A stretch of DNA of 64,000 nucleotides from an uncultured delta proteobacterium (GTDB taxonomy: Bacteria; Myxococcota; Myxococcia; Myxococcales; Myxococcaceae). The notes beneath the pieces are model-generated. The model did not search any database. It was not told where the DNA came from and was given only the letters and a program-made list of their open reading frames with translations. The position numbers were made by a program, and so were the translations under genes. This document shows, piece after piece, positions 38,633 through 48,081 of the stretch. The stretch spans positions 96,001 to 160,000 of the forward strand of contig CAVQKE010000005.1 in NCBI GenBank assembly GCA_963713045.1. The letters run 5' to 3'. Each line of letters begins with the position of its first letter. Positions within the stretch are counted from its first letter, which is position 1.

Positions 38633-40084
38633 TCAGATAAAATATGAGAACAGACGCATGACGGAGTTTCTGAAACGCTGACCGAAGGTCAGACCCTTCA
38701 AATCCTCCAAGGTGACTTCGTGGCAGTTGGCCATGTCCTCCTCAAATAGCCGTTCTTGCTCGCGGGTCAGCTCCTCATCGAAGAGCCACACCATGAGCTC
38801 CTTGTGTAGCCGCAGGCTCCGGATGTCCATGTTCATCGTGCCGATGGCGCACAGTTCCGAGTCGACGGCGATGGTCTTCGCGTGCAGAAAACCCGCCTTG
38901 TAGAGGTAGATGCGCGCTCCAGCCCTGAGTAGAGGTTCGAAGTACGTCCAAGCTGCCCAGTAGGGCATCTTCTTGTCGGGCACCCCCGTCATCATGAACC
39001 GAACGTCGACCCCGCTGAGTGCGGCGTTTACCATGGTGTCGTAGAGGCCCACCTCGGGTACAAAGTAGGGCGACTGAATCCACACGCGCCGCTCGGCGTT
39101 TCCTATGGCAATCATGTGGGCTCGCCGCGATGACTGCCACGGGTCCTCCACCATCTGAGCGACGACCTGACAGAGTACGCCGGTGTCGCCCCCGGCGTTT
39201 GACGGCGCCGGCAGGTATTCGGGCGTCAAGACATTTTCCTTACACTTTTCAAACCAGCGCCGGGCAAACAGTGCCTCCAACTCACCCACCACTTGGCCGG
39301 TCAACCGCAGATGCGTATCCCGCCAGCGGCTGTAGCGTTTACCGCCGTCGATGTACTCCTGCCCCACGTTGAAGCCTCCCGTGTAACCAATCTCGCCGTC
39401 GATGACGACAATCTTCCTGTGGTCGCGGTAGTTCAACTTGGGAAGGTCCATCACATCCCCGGCGACTTGCGCCCCCAGCGGCACGAGGGCGTTTAGCTTC
39501 TTTTTGCTCCAGGCGATGGAGCCTACATAGTCGTAAAGGAAACGCACCTTGACTCCGGCCGTCAGCCGTTCGCGGAGAATCTCGATTAAAGCGTCCGTAA
39601 GTTCGTCGTTTTCCCAGATGAAGTACTGGATGTGAATGAAGCGCTTGGCGGCCGCCAGGTCGGCTTTGAGACGGTCGAACTTCTGGGCGCCAGTGGGGAA
39701 AATCTCTGCACGGTCGGCCGTCACTACTCTGTAGCCGCTCTCGCGCCGGATGGCTCTGCGCAACCGGTCGACATACGTACCCGCGAAGCGCTTCTCGAAT
39801 CGTTGTACCGCCAATGCGTTTCGCTCAAAGAACGGCGTCAAAACCTTCTGCTCGGCATGGCGGCCCGCAGTGATCCAGGATTGCTTCGCGCTGACCGCAG
39901 CCCAATCTCGGCCGAAGAGAAAGTAGAAGACTAGGCCGACGAAAGGAAAGGCCAGCAGTGCGAAGCCCCACGCGAGCGTGTCGCCCGTTTCGCGGTTCTC
40001 CATCGTCAGCGTCGCCATGACCACGAGGAAGTAGGCTACGAATGGCCAGAAGAGCCACCAAGGGAGGTATGCGTGAATGAACAC
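38633..40084 (-). CDS. cls: Cardiolipin synthase
   Basis: N-terminal TM domain; two HKD motifs (HRKIVVID, HAKTIAVD). Confidence 0.93.
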   Translation of the reverse strand: MFIHAYLPWWLFWPFVAYFLVVMATLTMENRETGDTLAWGFALLAFPFVGLVFYFLFGRDWAAVSAKQSWITAGRHAEQKVLTPFFERNALAVQRFEKRFAGTYVDRLRRAIRRESGYRVVTADRAEIFPTGAQKFDRLKADLAAAKRFIHIQYFIWENDELTDALIEILRERLTAGVKVRFLYDYVGSIAWSKKKLNALVPLGAQVAGDVMDLPKLNYRDHRKIVVIDGEIGYTGGFNVGQEYIDGGKRYSRWRDTHLRLTGQVVGELEALFARRWFEKCKENVLTPEYLPAPSNAGGDTGVLCQVVAQMVEDPWQSSRRAHMIAIGNAERRVWIQSPYFVPEVGLYDTMVNAALSGVDVRFMMTGVPDKKMPYWAAWTYFEPLLRAGARIYLYKAGFLHAKTIAVDSELCAIGTMNMDIRSLRLHKELMVWLFDEELTREQERLFEEDMANCHEVTLEDLKGLTFGQRFRNSVMRLFSYFI

Positions 40085-40289
40085 TTGGATTCCCGCCTCT
40101 CAGGACGAACGTTTGTTGGTGCTTACTCGTCTATTGCCGGACCACGGCTGCATCAGTGCCATTGGCACTCATGTCAGTGTCCAAAAAGACCCGCGCACGA
40201 CCTCATGAGTGGCTCTTTCGGTGACAAGCATTTCCCAGGGTCGGCCTACCTCTTGTTCGTTCACCCCACTGGAGTGCCGAACACGACGA

Positions 40290-40986
40290 CTATTCCTTAG
40301 CGGTAGGGGGCAATTGCGATTCGGGAGTCGGCCCGCTTGGCGGTGCTGGGACACCACGCTCCTCAGCCAAGTCCCTCAAGCGGCTGACCCGTCCCACGAC
40401 ATCCACCAGCACACTACCTGTCCATCCAAATGTGAAGAGCCCGGAGATAGCCATCATCGGACAGAGCATCTTCCAGGGCTCAGGCAGTAGCACCGTGCCG
40501 TAACCGAGCGTCGTGTAGGTGTTGGCAACGAAATACGCGGCGTCGCGCCAGGAGTGCACGAGATGCCCCCAGACCAGCACCGATGTCCAAATTACCGTCT
40601 CGACGAGGTGCGAAGCGAGCATGAAGGCGACAGCGCCGGCGAAGAGCAAATCCGCGCGCCAGATGGTGGGACGCAACGCCACGACTTTGGCCCGGCGGAT
40701 GCAATGCAATTGGACTGTCCGCATGGCAGCCCCGTGCAGAAGCACGATGAGGATTAGCATCACTCCGCCGACGAGAACGTCAGCGGCTGGCAGAATCTGC
40801 TGCAGGGTACGGAGAAAGCGGCTGGCAGAATCTGCTGCAGGGTACGGAGAAAGCGGCTGGCAGAATCTGCTGCAGGGTACGGAGAACGCCGGCCACCTTC
40901 TCGACGTCCTTTTCGGCGGCAGCGCCCAGCTGAGGCGTCTGGGCGAAAAAGAGGGCAAGCCTATTAACGATGGAAGCTTCGACCAT
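40290..40986 (-). pseudogene. Two-TM ion channel (Ion_trans_2), N-terminus frameshifted by tandem repeat
   Basis: AYFVANTYTTLGYG pore; N-terminal ORF 40780-40986 becomes in frame if the 35-bp repeat is single-copy. Confidence 0.7.
40782..40886. repeat. Perfect 35-bp tandem repeat x3
   Basis: agcggctggcagaatctgctgcagggtacggagaa at 40782, 40817 and 40852. Confidence 0.95.
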
Positions 40987-41845
40987 AGATGGCCTGGAGT
41001 TGCCCCCGTGAAACCGGACAGGTCAGGGGGTTGGACATAGCAGCTCGGAATTCGGCTGGTGACAGCATCTTCAGGCCCTTGTGGGGGGCGACGCGATTGT
41101 AGTCCGCGACCCAGGCGGGCAGCTGGGCCAGGACGTGCGCGGCGTTCGGAAGTTTGTTCACATACAGATAGTCGCGCTTAAAGGTTTTCACAAAACCTTC
41201 GGCCATCCCGTTGCCCTCGGGGGAGTACGACGCGGTCGTGCAGATGACGAGGCTGAGTCCACGACCGAAGTCACGCGTCGCATAGGCGGTGTAAATCGGC
41301 CCGTTGTCAGAGAGCCACTCGATGGGGTGCGGCGTCGTCCTTGTGCCTTTGCCGAAACGCACTGGGACGGTTTCTGCCATCAGGTCCTGGAGGGTGAGCG
41401 CGGTTGGATAGTCTGCGCTGGCCCGAAACGCGATGAGCTCCCGGTCGCAGCAGTCGAGGCTGAAGGCCATCTGCACTCGCTCGCCGTTCCAGCAGCGGAT
41501 TTCAAACGTGTCACTGCACCAGCGCAGGTCCGGCTTCAAAGTGACGACTCGGCCGTCGTGGGTGCGCGTCGGTTTGCCCGTGTAGCGCGCCAGCAGCAGT
41601 CCAGCAGCCCGCATCAGACGGTACGCTCGTTTGTGATTCATGGTCGGCTCGCCTCTCGAGCGACGCTCCCGGCTGATGGTCGTGGCCCTCCGGGACGCGT
41701 AGGTGCTGCGCTGACTGGCGACCGCCTTGAGCGCCTCCATGACGACGGCGTCCTCAGCAGCATCTGTTTCGCGTGCCAGCTTTGGCCTCCGCGATGCCAG
41801 CAGGTTGGACCGCGAAACCTGCAGAGCCCGGGCGATGGCGTTCAC
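40964..41845 (-). CDS. IS3 transposase OrfB (DDE)
   Basis: WCSDTFE, WLSDNG, NGMAEGFVKTFKRDY, YNRVAPHKGL. Confidence 0.85.
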   Translation of the reverse strand: MNAIARALQVSRSNLLASRRPKLARETDAAEDAVVMEALKAVASQRSTYASRRATTISRERRSRGEPTMNHKRAYRLMRAAGLLLARYTGKPTRTHDGRVVTLKPDLRWCSDTFEIRCWNGERVQMAFSLDCCDRELIAFRASADYPTALTLQDLMAETVPVRFGKGTRTTPHPIEWLSDNGPIYTAYATRDFGRGLSLVICTTASYSPEGNGMAEGFVKTFKRDYLYVNKLPNAAHVLAQLPAWVADYNRVAPHKGLKMLSPAEFRAAMSNPLTCPVSRGQLQAIYGRSFHR

Positions 41846-42301
41846 AGGATGTCCTCCAGCTTGGACAAGGCTGCGGGCGAGAGAAGTTTTTCTTCGCGGG
41901 CAATCTCAATGGCGTCCCGCAGAATCTCTGCTTCCTGAGTCTTCTTCCCGAGCAGCCGCTGGAGCTCGCGCACCTGCGCTTTGAGTTGCTGGACCTCCGA
42001 CTGGGCCACCACCGGCTCGCCGGCCTTCAGCCCCGTCAGGCTTCCAGCATCCCGGTGCTGCCGCCAGCGGAAGAGCAGGCTGGAAGCCAGCCCGTACTTC
42101 CGAGCCACCAGGGACACGCTGCTCCCAGGTGCCTCAGACTCCGTCAACAGCTGCAGCTTCTCTTCCGCCGAGTACCGGCGCCGTCGCCTCGGCGGCTCAT
42201 TCACCCCGCTCGTCGGGGCCACTTCGGGGGTCTTCTTTTCCATCGGTCAGACTCGCTTCCTACTTCATCGAGCCTGTCCGGTCCTCCAGGGGGCTACATC
42301 A
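40995..42301 (-). mobile_element. IS3-family (IS2-like) insertion sequence
   Basis: Imperfect TG...CA inverted repeats (tggagttgcccccgtgaaaccggacagg / cctgtccggtcctccagggggctacatca); orfA and orfB; no matching target duplication seen. Confidence 0.88.
41842..42243 (-). CDS. IS3 transposase OrfA
   Basis: RRRYSAEEK...SVSLVARKYG...LFRWR...RELQRLLGKKTQEAEILR. Confidence 0.88.
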   Translation of the reverse strand: MEKKTPEVAPTSGVNEPPRRRRRYSAEEKLQLLTESEAPGSSVSLVARKYGLASSLLFRWRQHRDAGSLTGLKAGEPVVAQSEVQQLKAQVRELQRLLGKKTQEAEILRDAIEIAREEKLLSPAALSKLEDIL

Positions 42302-42466
42302 GCTCTCCTGTCCGCGCCCGCGACTGCGAAGCACCTAGGCGTCTCTCTCGCAACAGTCTATTCGCTGGTGGTGGCCACACGGCAGCTTCACGGCGTCGGA
42401 ATCTCGAACGCCATTCGCATCCACCCGGCCAACCTGGCGGCCCGTCTGGCGTCGCGCAGAGATTGA
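42302..42466 (+). pseudogene. Second excisionase-type HTH remnant, cut by IS3
   Basis: LLS...TAKHLGVSLATVYSLV..RQL..V.ISNAIRIHP. Confidence 0.6.
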
Positions 42467-42568
42467 CAGTCCCGTTTGCCCGAGTGCTCGAGACATCCAC
42501 TCACCAGAGCCTTGACGTCCACTGGGCAGGTTGTGCCCGCGCTCACTTCTGGCTACACTCTAGCCAGA

Positions 42569-42862
42569 ATGGGGTGCCGCATCCTTCTGGCGCCGGAGGC
42601 GGTCGAAGACCTCCGCCGCTTGAAGGCGAATGTTCGGGTGGCCGTGCGACAAGCCATCAGGACTCACCTAACAAATGAGCCCACGAAGGTGAGCAAGAGC
42701 CGAATCAAGCGGCTTCGTGGGTTGACAAGGCCGCAGTACCGGCTCCGTGTTAACGAGATCCGGGTTTTCTATGACATTGCGGGGAGCACTGTGGAAGTGC
42801 TCGCCGTCGTCCCGAAGTCGGAGGCAGAAGAATGGCTCGCGCAGTTCGGAGGTCCCGAGTGA
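42569..42862 (+). CDS. RelE/ParE family toxin
   Basis: ILLAPEAVEDLRRL...IKRLRG...YRLRVNEIRVFYDI. Confidence 0.88.
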   Translation: MGCRILLAPEAVEDLRRLKANVRVAVRQAIRTHLTNEPTKVSKSRIKRLRGLTRPQYRLRVNEIRVFYDIAGSTVEVLAVVPKSEAEEWLAQFGGPE

Positions 42863-43098
42863 ACGAAGTTCCGCTCTCTGAAGTGAAGGACGACCTCTCC
42901 AGGTACCTTCGCCAGGCCGAGCAGCGACCGGTGGTCATTACCCGGCATGGCAAGCCGGCCGGTGTTCTCATCGGCTTCGAGTCGGAGGATGACTGGTTTG
43001 ACTTCAGACTTGAGTACGACCCACGCTTCCTGGCACGCGTGGCGAAGGCGCGGGCCAGCTTGCGTGCGGGGAAGGGTGTTCCTCTAGAAGACGTCTGA
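42859..43098 (+). CDS. Phd/YefM family antitoxin
   Basis: VPLSEVKDDLSRYL...VVITRHGKPAGVL; GTGA overlap with the toxin. Confidence 0.88.
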   Translation: MNEVPLSEVKDDLSRYLRQAEQRPVVITRHGKPAGVLIGFESEDDWFDFRLEYDPRFLARVAKARASLRAGKGVPLEDV

Positions 43099-43290
43099 GC
43101 TACTCGCGCCGCACACTACCCGAGCGACTTGATTCGGGTGTCGGTGGCGCTGAGCTAGCTCACAGGCCCCGGTCCCGCCCGCGTAGCGAAGAGGGCAGCG
43201 TGTTATTGACAGATTGTTGACGGGAGCTGCGAAAGGGGGGTCGAGGACTACGGAACAGAAGAAAAGCCTCGGGGTTATCGAGGCTTGGAT

Positions 43291-43312
43291 GAGCGGGAAA
43301 AGGGATTTGAAC
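43291..43312 (-). repeat. att-like duplicate of the tRNA-Gly 3' end (22 bp)
   Basis: gagcgggaaaagggatttgaac identical to 56929-56950. Confidence 0.85.
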
Positions 43313-43561
43313 TCTCGCGAGGCCTGGAAAAACCCCAACGAGTGCGGCGGGTTGTCCGCCAAGTCCGCGAGACCATTCAAATCCCCTTCCCTTTTGTGCC
43401 GTTTCGTACCGCCCTGGACCGACCGATTCCGCAGGGGAACAGCACATAGACAGCACATGAAACGCGCACCGCGCGTGGCACGCCGACCCCACCAAGAAAT
43501 CGAGCCCCGGTCCCGGCGCAACGCCAGCGTGCACTGCGTCTGCAGACTGGTGCCATCCCTC

Positions 43562-43854
43562 TTAGGGCAACTCGCGGGCAGTCCAGTAGCCAGGCCGACG
43601 CTTGGAATGAGCCACAGCGATGACGAGAATCCGATTCCCATCGAGTCTGGGAATCTCGAGAGGCGGTGTCGACGCCAGGGCCGACCGCCCTTCCATACAG
43701 GCGCCTGCTCTGGGCGCTCAGTCAGAGCTCCGAACGCGTGATCGACCGCACCAACGAACTCCAGCCCCAAGCCCGGGCGTCGGGCCTCGTACCAAACTGC
43801 CGTCTCCTCTATTTCTGAGATTGCCTCCGGGTGAACGACCGGTGGCGAGGTCAC
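43562..43854 (-). pseudogene. ParE/RelE toxin, copy 1, with 16-bp deletion
   Basis: Near-identical to 56089-56397 but lacks the YVVFY codons, giving a frameshift. Confidence 0.8.
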
Positions 43855-44075
43855 GACTTCTTCAGGCGCTCGAGGATGCGGCTGCGGACCTCGGTCCACG
43901 GCCGAGCCTGCCCGACGCCTTGTGCTTCCCGCGCATCCAACTCACGTAGCCACTCCGCCTCCCACTCAGGGTCGGCGCCTTCGACGCTGTCGATGAGTTC
44001 TGAGGCGAGGGCAAGGCGCTCCTCTTCAGGAAGTTCGAGGGCCTCGGAAGCAAGCGTTCGGACGGAGCGGGCCAT
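43851..44075 (-). CDS. Addiction module antitoxin, copy 1
   Basis: EALELPEEERLALASELIDSV...W..EL..R....ARPWTEVR. Confidence 0.85.
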   Translation of the reverse strand: MARSVRTLASEALELPEEERLALASELIDSVEGADPEWEAEWLRELDAREAQGVGQARPWTEVRSRILERLKKS

Positions 44076-44314
44076 GCAGGATTCTTCTTCTAACACGCCT
44101 TGGCAACGCACAGAATGGCGGGAGGGAACCCTCACCCCGATGAGGCAAGGCCCGGCACTGGACAGCACACAGCTTGAGCTCGCGCCTTGTCGCTCGGCAG
44201 TTCCGCCTGCCGCCCCGACCGACCCTGGTCTAGCCTCTCCCGGTACGTCCTCGACTCGGCAACAGGCCTTCAGGGCGCGCACTCTTCGAGGCGTCGACGA
44301 GTTCCGAGCAGACG

Positions 44315-44767
44315 ATGGCGAAGAGACTGAATGAGGCGAAGTGGAAGGGCCCGTGGCTCATCCACTTCTTCAAGCGTCATCGCGACGACGACCCGGCCGA
44401 AGAGATTCCAGGTCGCATATTTCTCGATGCGTGCCCAACACCTGTCCGTGCGAAGCTGATTGCCATCATCACCGCGGTCGCCGACGGACCACCGCCGAGT
44501 TTTAGTGGCGGAGGCAAGTGGGAAGCGATGCATGACGCGATGCGCGGCTTCTACGAGGCTCGGGCCGACGGGGAAAACAGAGAGCATTTCCGGCTCTTCT
44601 GTCTCCTTGAGCGTGAAGGCGCTGCCGTCGGACTTCGCGGCCCAAGCCTCATCATCATCACCGGGATGCGCAAATCCTTCAGGACGAGCTTCACTTCGAG
44701 GAACTACGCCGGCGTGCGCCTGCTCGGTGACGAGTTCCGAAGGCGCCGGCCACGATCGATTGCTTGA
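44315..44767 (+). CDS. RelE/Gp49-like putative toxin
   Basis: P..IFLDACP..VRAKL...GGGKWEAMH..M.GFYEAR..G..REHFRLFC. Confidence 0.65.
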   Translation: MAKRLNEAKWKGPWLIHFFKRHRDDDPAEEIPGRIFLDACPTPVRAKLIAIITAVADGPPPSFSGGGKWEAMHDAMRGFYEARADGENREHFRLFCLLEREGAAVGLRGPSLIIITGMRKSFRTSFTSRNYAGVRLLGDEFRRRRPRSIA

Positions 44768-44768
44768 G

Positions 44769-45116
44769 TTAGCCACTAGCTTCGCGTGCAGGCAGCCTTC
44801 GACCCCTTCCAGCGCGTCGGGGTTCGAGGCCTAGCTTGCAGTCGAGCGCGACCACAAGTCGAATGACGGTGTCGAGCGTTGGGTTTGGCTCGCTCGACGT
44901 GAATAGGCGGCGGACGACTTCGGGCTTCATGCCCACCAACTTTGCGAGGTGGGACTTAGTCAGCCCCGTCTGTTCACGTCGCGCGTCGAGCGCGCGAACA
45001 AACGCATCGACCGAGTCAATCTCGCTGCGAGCGCTCTCGTACGCGCGAGCAAACGCAGGGTCCTTCATCTGACGTTGCAAGTACGTATCGAAGCCAGTCT
45101 TGGGGCGCCGCGCCAT
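44769..45116 (-). CDS. XRE-type HTH protein (putative antitoxin)
   Basis: YLQRQMKDPAFARAYE...GLTKSHLAKLVGMKPEVVRRL....NPTLDTV. Confidence 0.8.
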   Translation of the reverse strand: MARRPKTGFDTYLQRQMKDPAFARAYESARSEIDSVDAFVRALDARREQTGLTKSHLAKLVGMKPEVVRRLFTSSEPNPTLDTVIRLVVALDCKLGLEPRRAGRGRRLPAREASG

Positions 45117-45279
45117 AGCAACAACCTCCTCTGCGTAACTTATAAGTCACGTCGGGTTGTTCTGCAAGGGAGTTGCTCCCAAGACCGGTCACGACGCACG
45201 TTATGAGCAGCGCGATATCTCGATGACGAAAGCGGGCTCAACCCTAGACCCTCGCCTTGGCAAGCCGCTTGGGAGCGAT

Positions 45280-45519
45280 TCAGGCCCTCGTGCTCCTTGA
45301 GCCACTGACGCAAGAAGTCGTTGACGTTCTCTTGGGCGAGTTCCGCTTTAAGAACCGCTCCAGCGCAATAACCCCACCCAACCAGTGAATGCTGCCAAGA
45401 GCGGCAAGAACAAAACGGGTGTACTTCCCGTAACCCGACGCCCGCGATTGTGACTCAAGAGCCGGGACCTGGCTCGGGGGAGCTATCGCCTTGTCTGCGT
45501 CGCTGGGGTCGTCGCTCAT
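45280..45519 (-). pseudogene. Hypothetical protein remnant
   Basis: KYTRFVLAALGSIHWLGGVI, then frameshift and truncation. Confidence 0.4.
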
Positions 45520-45705
45520 CGGAGACTTTGGATAACGTAGACTCGCTCGGCCGGCTCGCCGGCGAGCCAGTCAGCCAGTTGCAGTGGCGCTCCTCAGCTA
45601 GGGCAAGCCTCTACCCTCGTTTTGAGACTTTCTTAGGAGTTGTCGGTGCCGGACGCGCAACAGCCACCCCCTGTTCTGCAGGACGTGCGGGATAAATCCT
45701 TAGCC

Positions 45706-45816
45706 AGGGGCACCGGGCCCGACGGCGAGCCGATGACCGCAGTGAACGTTCGCTGTCTCGACGGCTTTGCTCTGGACCAGTTCCGGGTGGCCGAGCTCAA
45801 TGGGCGAAGCCGCTGA
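45706..45816 (+). pseudogene. GFA/CENP-V family C-terminal remnant
   Basis: GTGPDGEPMTAVNVRCLDG...NGRSR*. Confidence 0.55.
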
Positions 45817-45940
45817 CGCTCCCGTCAAGCGAGATTTGCCCACAGGAGGAAGGTCTCCTCAGCGATGCAGAAGCCTCCGCGCGATCGCTACCCGATGCGC
45901 TCGCGATAGCCGGGGCGCTCGAGGCCGCGGCGCAAGAGCT

Positions 45941-46912
45941 TTAACTCCGTCTGGTGGCGCCGACCGCGATCAGGCCCGCAGCGAGCACGACGAACACGAG
46001 GTTCCCCAGCCGCGCGACTTCACCGAGCGCGGGCACCGCGCTGAAAGCGTGGATCGCATAAGCCATCGCCGCGCCGCCTGCGAGCGCCAGTCGATCCAGG
46101 GCGGCCTCGTCGGCGCGACGCGATCGACGCCAGATCGCCGAGACGCTCGCGGTCACGAGCACGAGCTCTGCGGCGACCGCCCACCAACCCCATCCGCGAG
46201 GGATCGACAAAAACGCTGAGGCGGCGGCGAAGCTGGCGCCGCCGAGGAGCCATGGATTCGATCTCCGGCCGACCTCGCTTCTGGGAGCTCGCCTCGGCAA
46301 CATGAAGGAGAATGCGACCAGCGCCACGACGATCGCCGCTGCCCCGATGAGCTGCCCGGGCGACGCCACGAAATGACTCGGGTCCATCTGAACCGTAAAG
46401 GATGCGACGGAGACACAAGCGGCGACGAAGACCACCGCGACAACCGCGAGCCCCACCGGACCGAGCCACGCCGACGCGGCCAGCCGTGGCACCAGCGCCT
46501 CGACCAGGGCGATAGGCACGGCGATACTCCATACCATATGAAGCGTGAGGACGAAGACGGAGTACCAGAGTCCGATGCCGAGCTCCGGTAGATAGGCCGT
46601 CTCCAGCAAATGCAGATTCTTGCCGAGAAAGTTTGGATTGAACAACGACTGTGTCAGGAACGCTTCCTCGAGCACGCCGTACGCGAGCGCGAGGACGAAG
46701 ATGGCCGGCCATCCGCGATCGGTCCTGCGAACCGTCTCGCGAACGAGCAGCGCACCGCCGCCATAGAGCGGCGCCAAGATTGCTAGCATCCCGAGCTGCG
46801 TGATGGACATGTTCCCGAGCAGGTACTCAGCGACGAGCGGCGCGACGAGCACCAACCCGGCCGCTGGAAGCAGCCCGCCGGCGGCGTGGTTCGTGGATGC
46901 GAAGCTGCTCAT
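45941..46912 (-). CDS. Multi-pass membrane protein, unknown function
   Basis: APLVAEYLLG...APLYGGGALLVRE...AYGVLEEAFLTQSLFNP; many TM helices. Confidence 0.8.
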   Translation of the reverse strand: MSSFASTNHAAGGLLPAAGLVLVAPLVAEYLLGNMSITQLGMLAILAPLYGGGALLVRETVRRTDRGWPAIFVLALAYGVLEEAFLTQSLFNPNFLGKNLHLLETAYLPELGIGLWYSVFVLTLHMVWSIAVPIALVEALVPRLAASAWLGPVGLAVVAVVFVAACVSVASFTVQMDPSHFVASPGQLIGAAAIVVALVAFSFMLPRRAPRSEVGRRSNPWLLGGASFAAASAFLSIPRGWGWWAVAAELVLVTASVSAIWRRSRRADEAALDRLALAGGAAMAYAIHAFSAVPALGEVARLGNLVFVVLAAGLIAVGATRRS

Positions 46913-46957
46913 GAGGTCTCCTTGCCGGGGGGACCCCGAGCATCTAGGATAGCTTGA

Positions 46958-46976
46958 TGACTAAGTCGCTTAGTCA
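46958..46976. promoter_or_regulatory. Palindromic operator, probable MarR site
   Basis: tgactaag-tcg-cttagtca between divergent genes. Confidence 0.65.
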
Positions 46977-47001
46977 CTAAGATACTTATTACCCGTCAAG
47001 G

Positions 47002-47493
47002 ATGTCGAACAGGCCAACACACTCCCGCAGGCGCCAGGACCTCCTCGAGCGCGTCGGCATGGACCTCGGACGCGAACTCAGCGCGCGGACCGTGTTTTTT
47101 CACGAGGCGGTGGCCCGCAAGCTCGGGCTCGGCGCCACCGACACCCGTTGCTTGGATCTCATCGGACGCTCGGAAGCTCCGGTGACCGCCGGGGATCTCG
47201 GGCGGGCGACCGGCCTCACGACCGGCGCGATCACCGGAGTTCTAGATCGGCTCGAAGCAGCCGGCATGGTCGCGCGCGTGCGCGACGCCGACGATCGCCG
47301 CAAGGTGTTCGTCCGCCCTCTGGCGGAGGCGCAGCGGCAACTGGCACCTTATTACGAGCAGCTCGGCGCGGCGATGATGAAGCTGGCCTCGAGCTACTTG
47401 ACACCGGAGCTCGAGCTGATCGCCGACTTCCTGGAGAAGAGCCTCACGGTGCTGAAGGACCAGAGCGCCGAGCTCTCAGCCACGCGGGGATAG
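47002..47493 (+). CDS. MarR family regulator
   Basis: LGLGATDTRCLDL...TAGDL...TGLTTGAITGVLDRLE...DDRRKV. Confidence 0.92.
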   Translation: MSNRPTHSRRRQDLLERVGMDLGRELSARTVFFHEAVARKLGLGATDTRCLDLIGRSEAPVTAGDLGRATGLTTGAITGVLDRLEAAGMVARVRDADDRRKVFVRPLAEAQRQLAPYYEQLGAAMMKLASSYLTPELELIADFLEKSLTVLKDQSAELSATRG

Positions 47494-47524
47494 TTTACGC
47501 GCCGGTCGCGCAGTTGCAGGCCGC

Positions 47525-47672
47525 GAATGCAATCGCAGACCCGGTAGATTCTTTGAGCATTCGAGCCGACCTGCAGTCGGGCGACCATCTACATCCGAAT
47601 GACGCCGGGTATTTGGCGATGGCGAACGCGATCAATCAGCGCCTATTCGGAAGGGATCAGCCCAAGAAGTAG
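47525..47672 (+). pseudogene. SGNH/GDSL hydrolase C-terminal remnant
   Basis: IADP...SGDHLHPNDAGYLAMANAI (block V DxxHP). Confidence 0.6.
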
Positions 47673-48081
47673 GCTCGGCTTCCGAACCGGACTCACAAGG
47701 AACGGCCCAAGGGTAACGGCGGCATCGGAGAGGGCAAGGCCGCCCGCTTTCACATCAGCGGACGGACACAAATCGGACTAGTGTTCCGTTCCGCCATGTG
47801 ACTTTTTAGAGGTGGAATCGCGAGCCGACGCCAAATTCTGGCGTTGGCGCGGTGGTACCTCCATAGGGGTCCGCCCCCCACAAGGGCGGCTGCATCAGAA
47901 GGCACGCCGTCGTGTGACGCTGGTTGGTCGTGGGAGCGAATCGTTTCGGCCGACTTTTCAGGCACTGGCAGAGCAGCGTCCGATGGACACCAACCCTTGT
48001 CGGTGTCAGCCCGGGTCTCCCGGTAGCTACAGCGCTCCGGAACCGGCCTTCGTGCTGTGCCATCGACCGGTCGACTGGTCC

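Larger units (their letters stand above)
18282..43312. mobile_element. Distal integrated island (~25 kb), decayed satellite/IME-like
   Basis: Bounded by tRNA-Gly 3'-end repeats; contains primase-helicase, integrase and xis remnants, IS elements and a TA pair. Confidence 0.7.

Noticed and set aside
40782..40886. 35-bp repeats as a CRISPR array
   Set aside because: Copies are head-to-tail with no spacers, and no cas genes are present
43084..43899. 271-aa toxin fusion ORF
   Set aside because: Read-through created by the 16-bp deletion; runs across att and non-coding DNA
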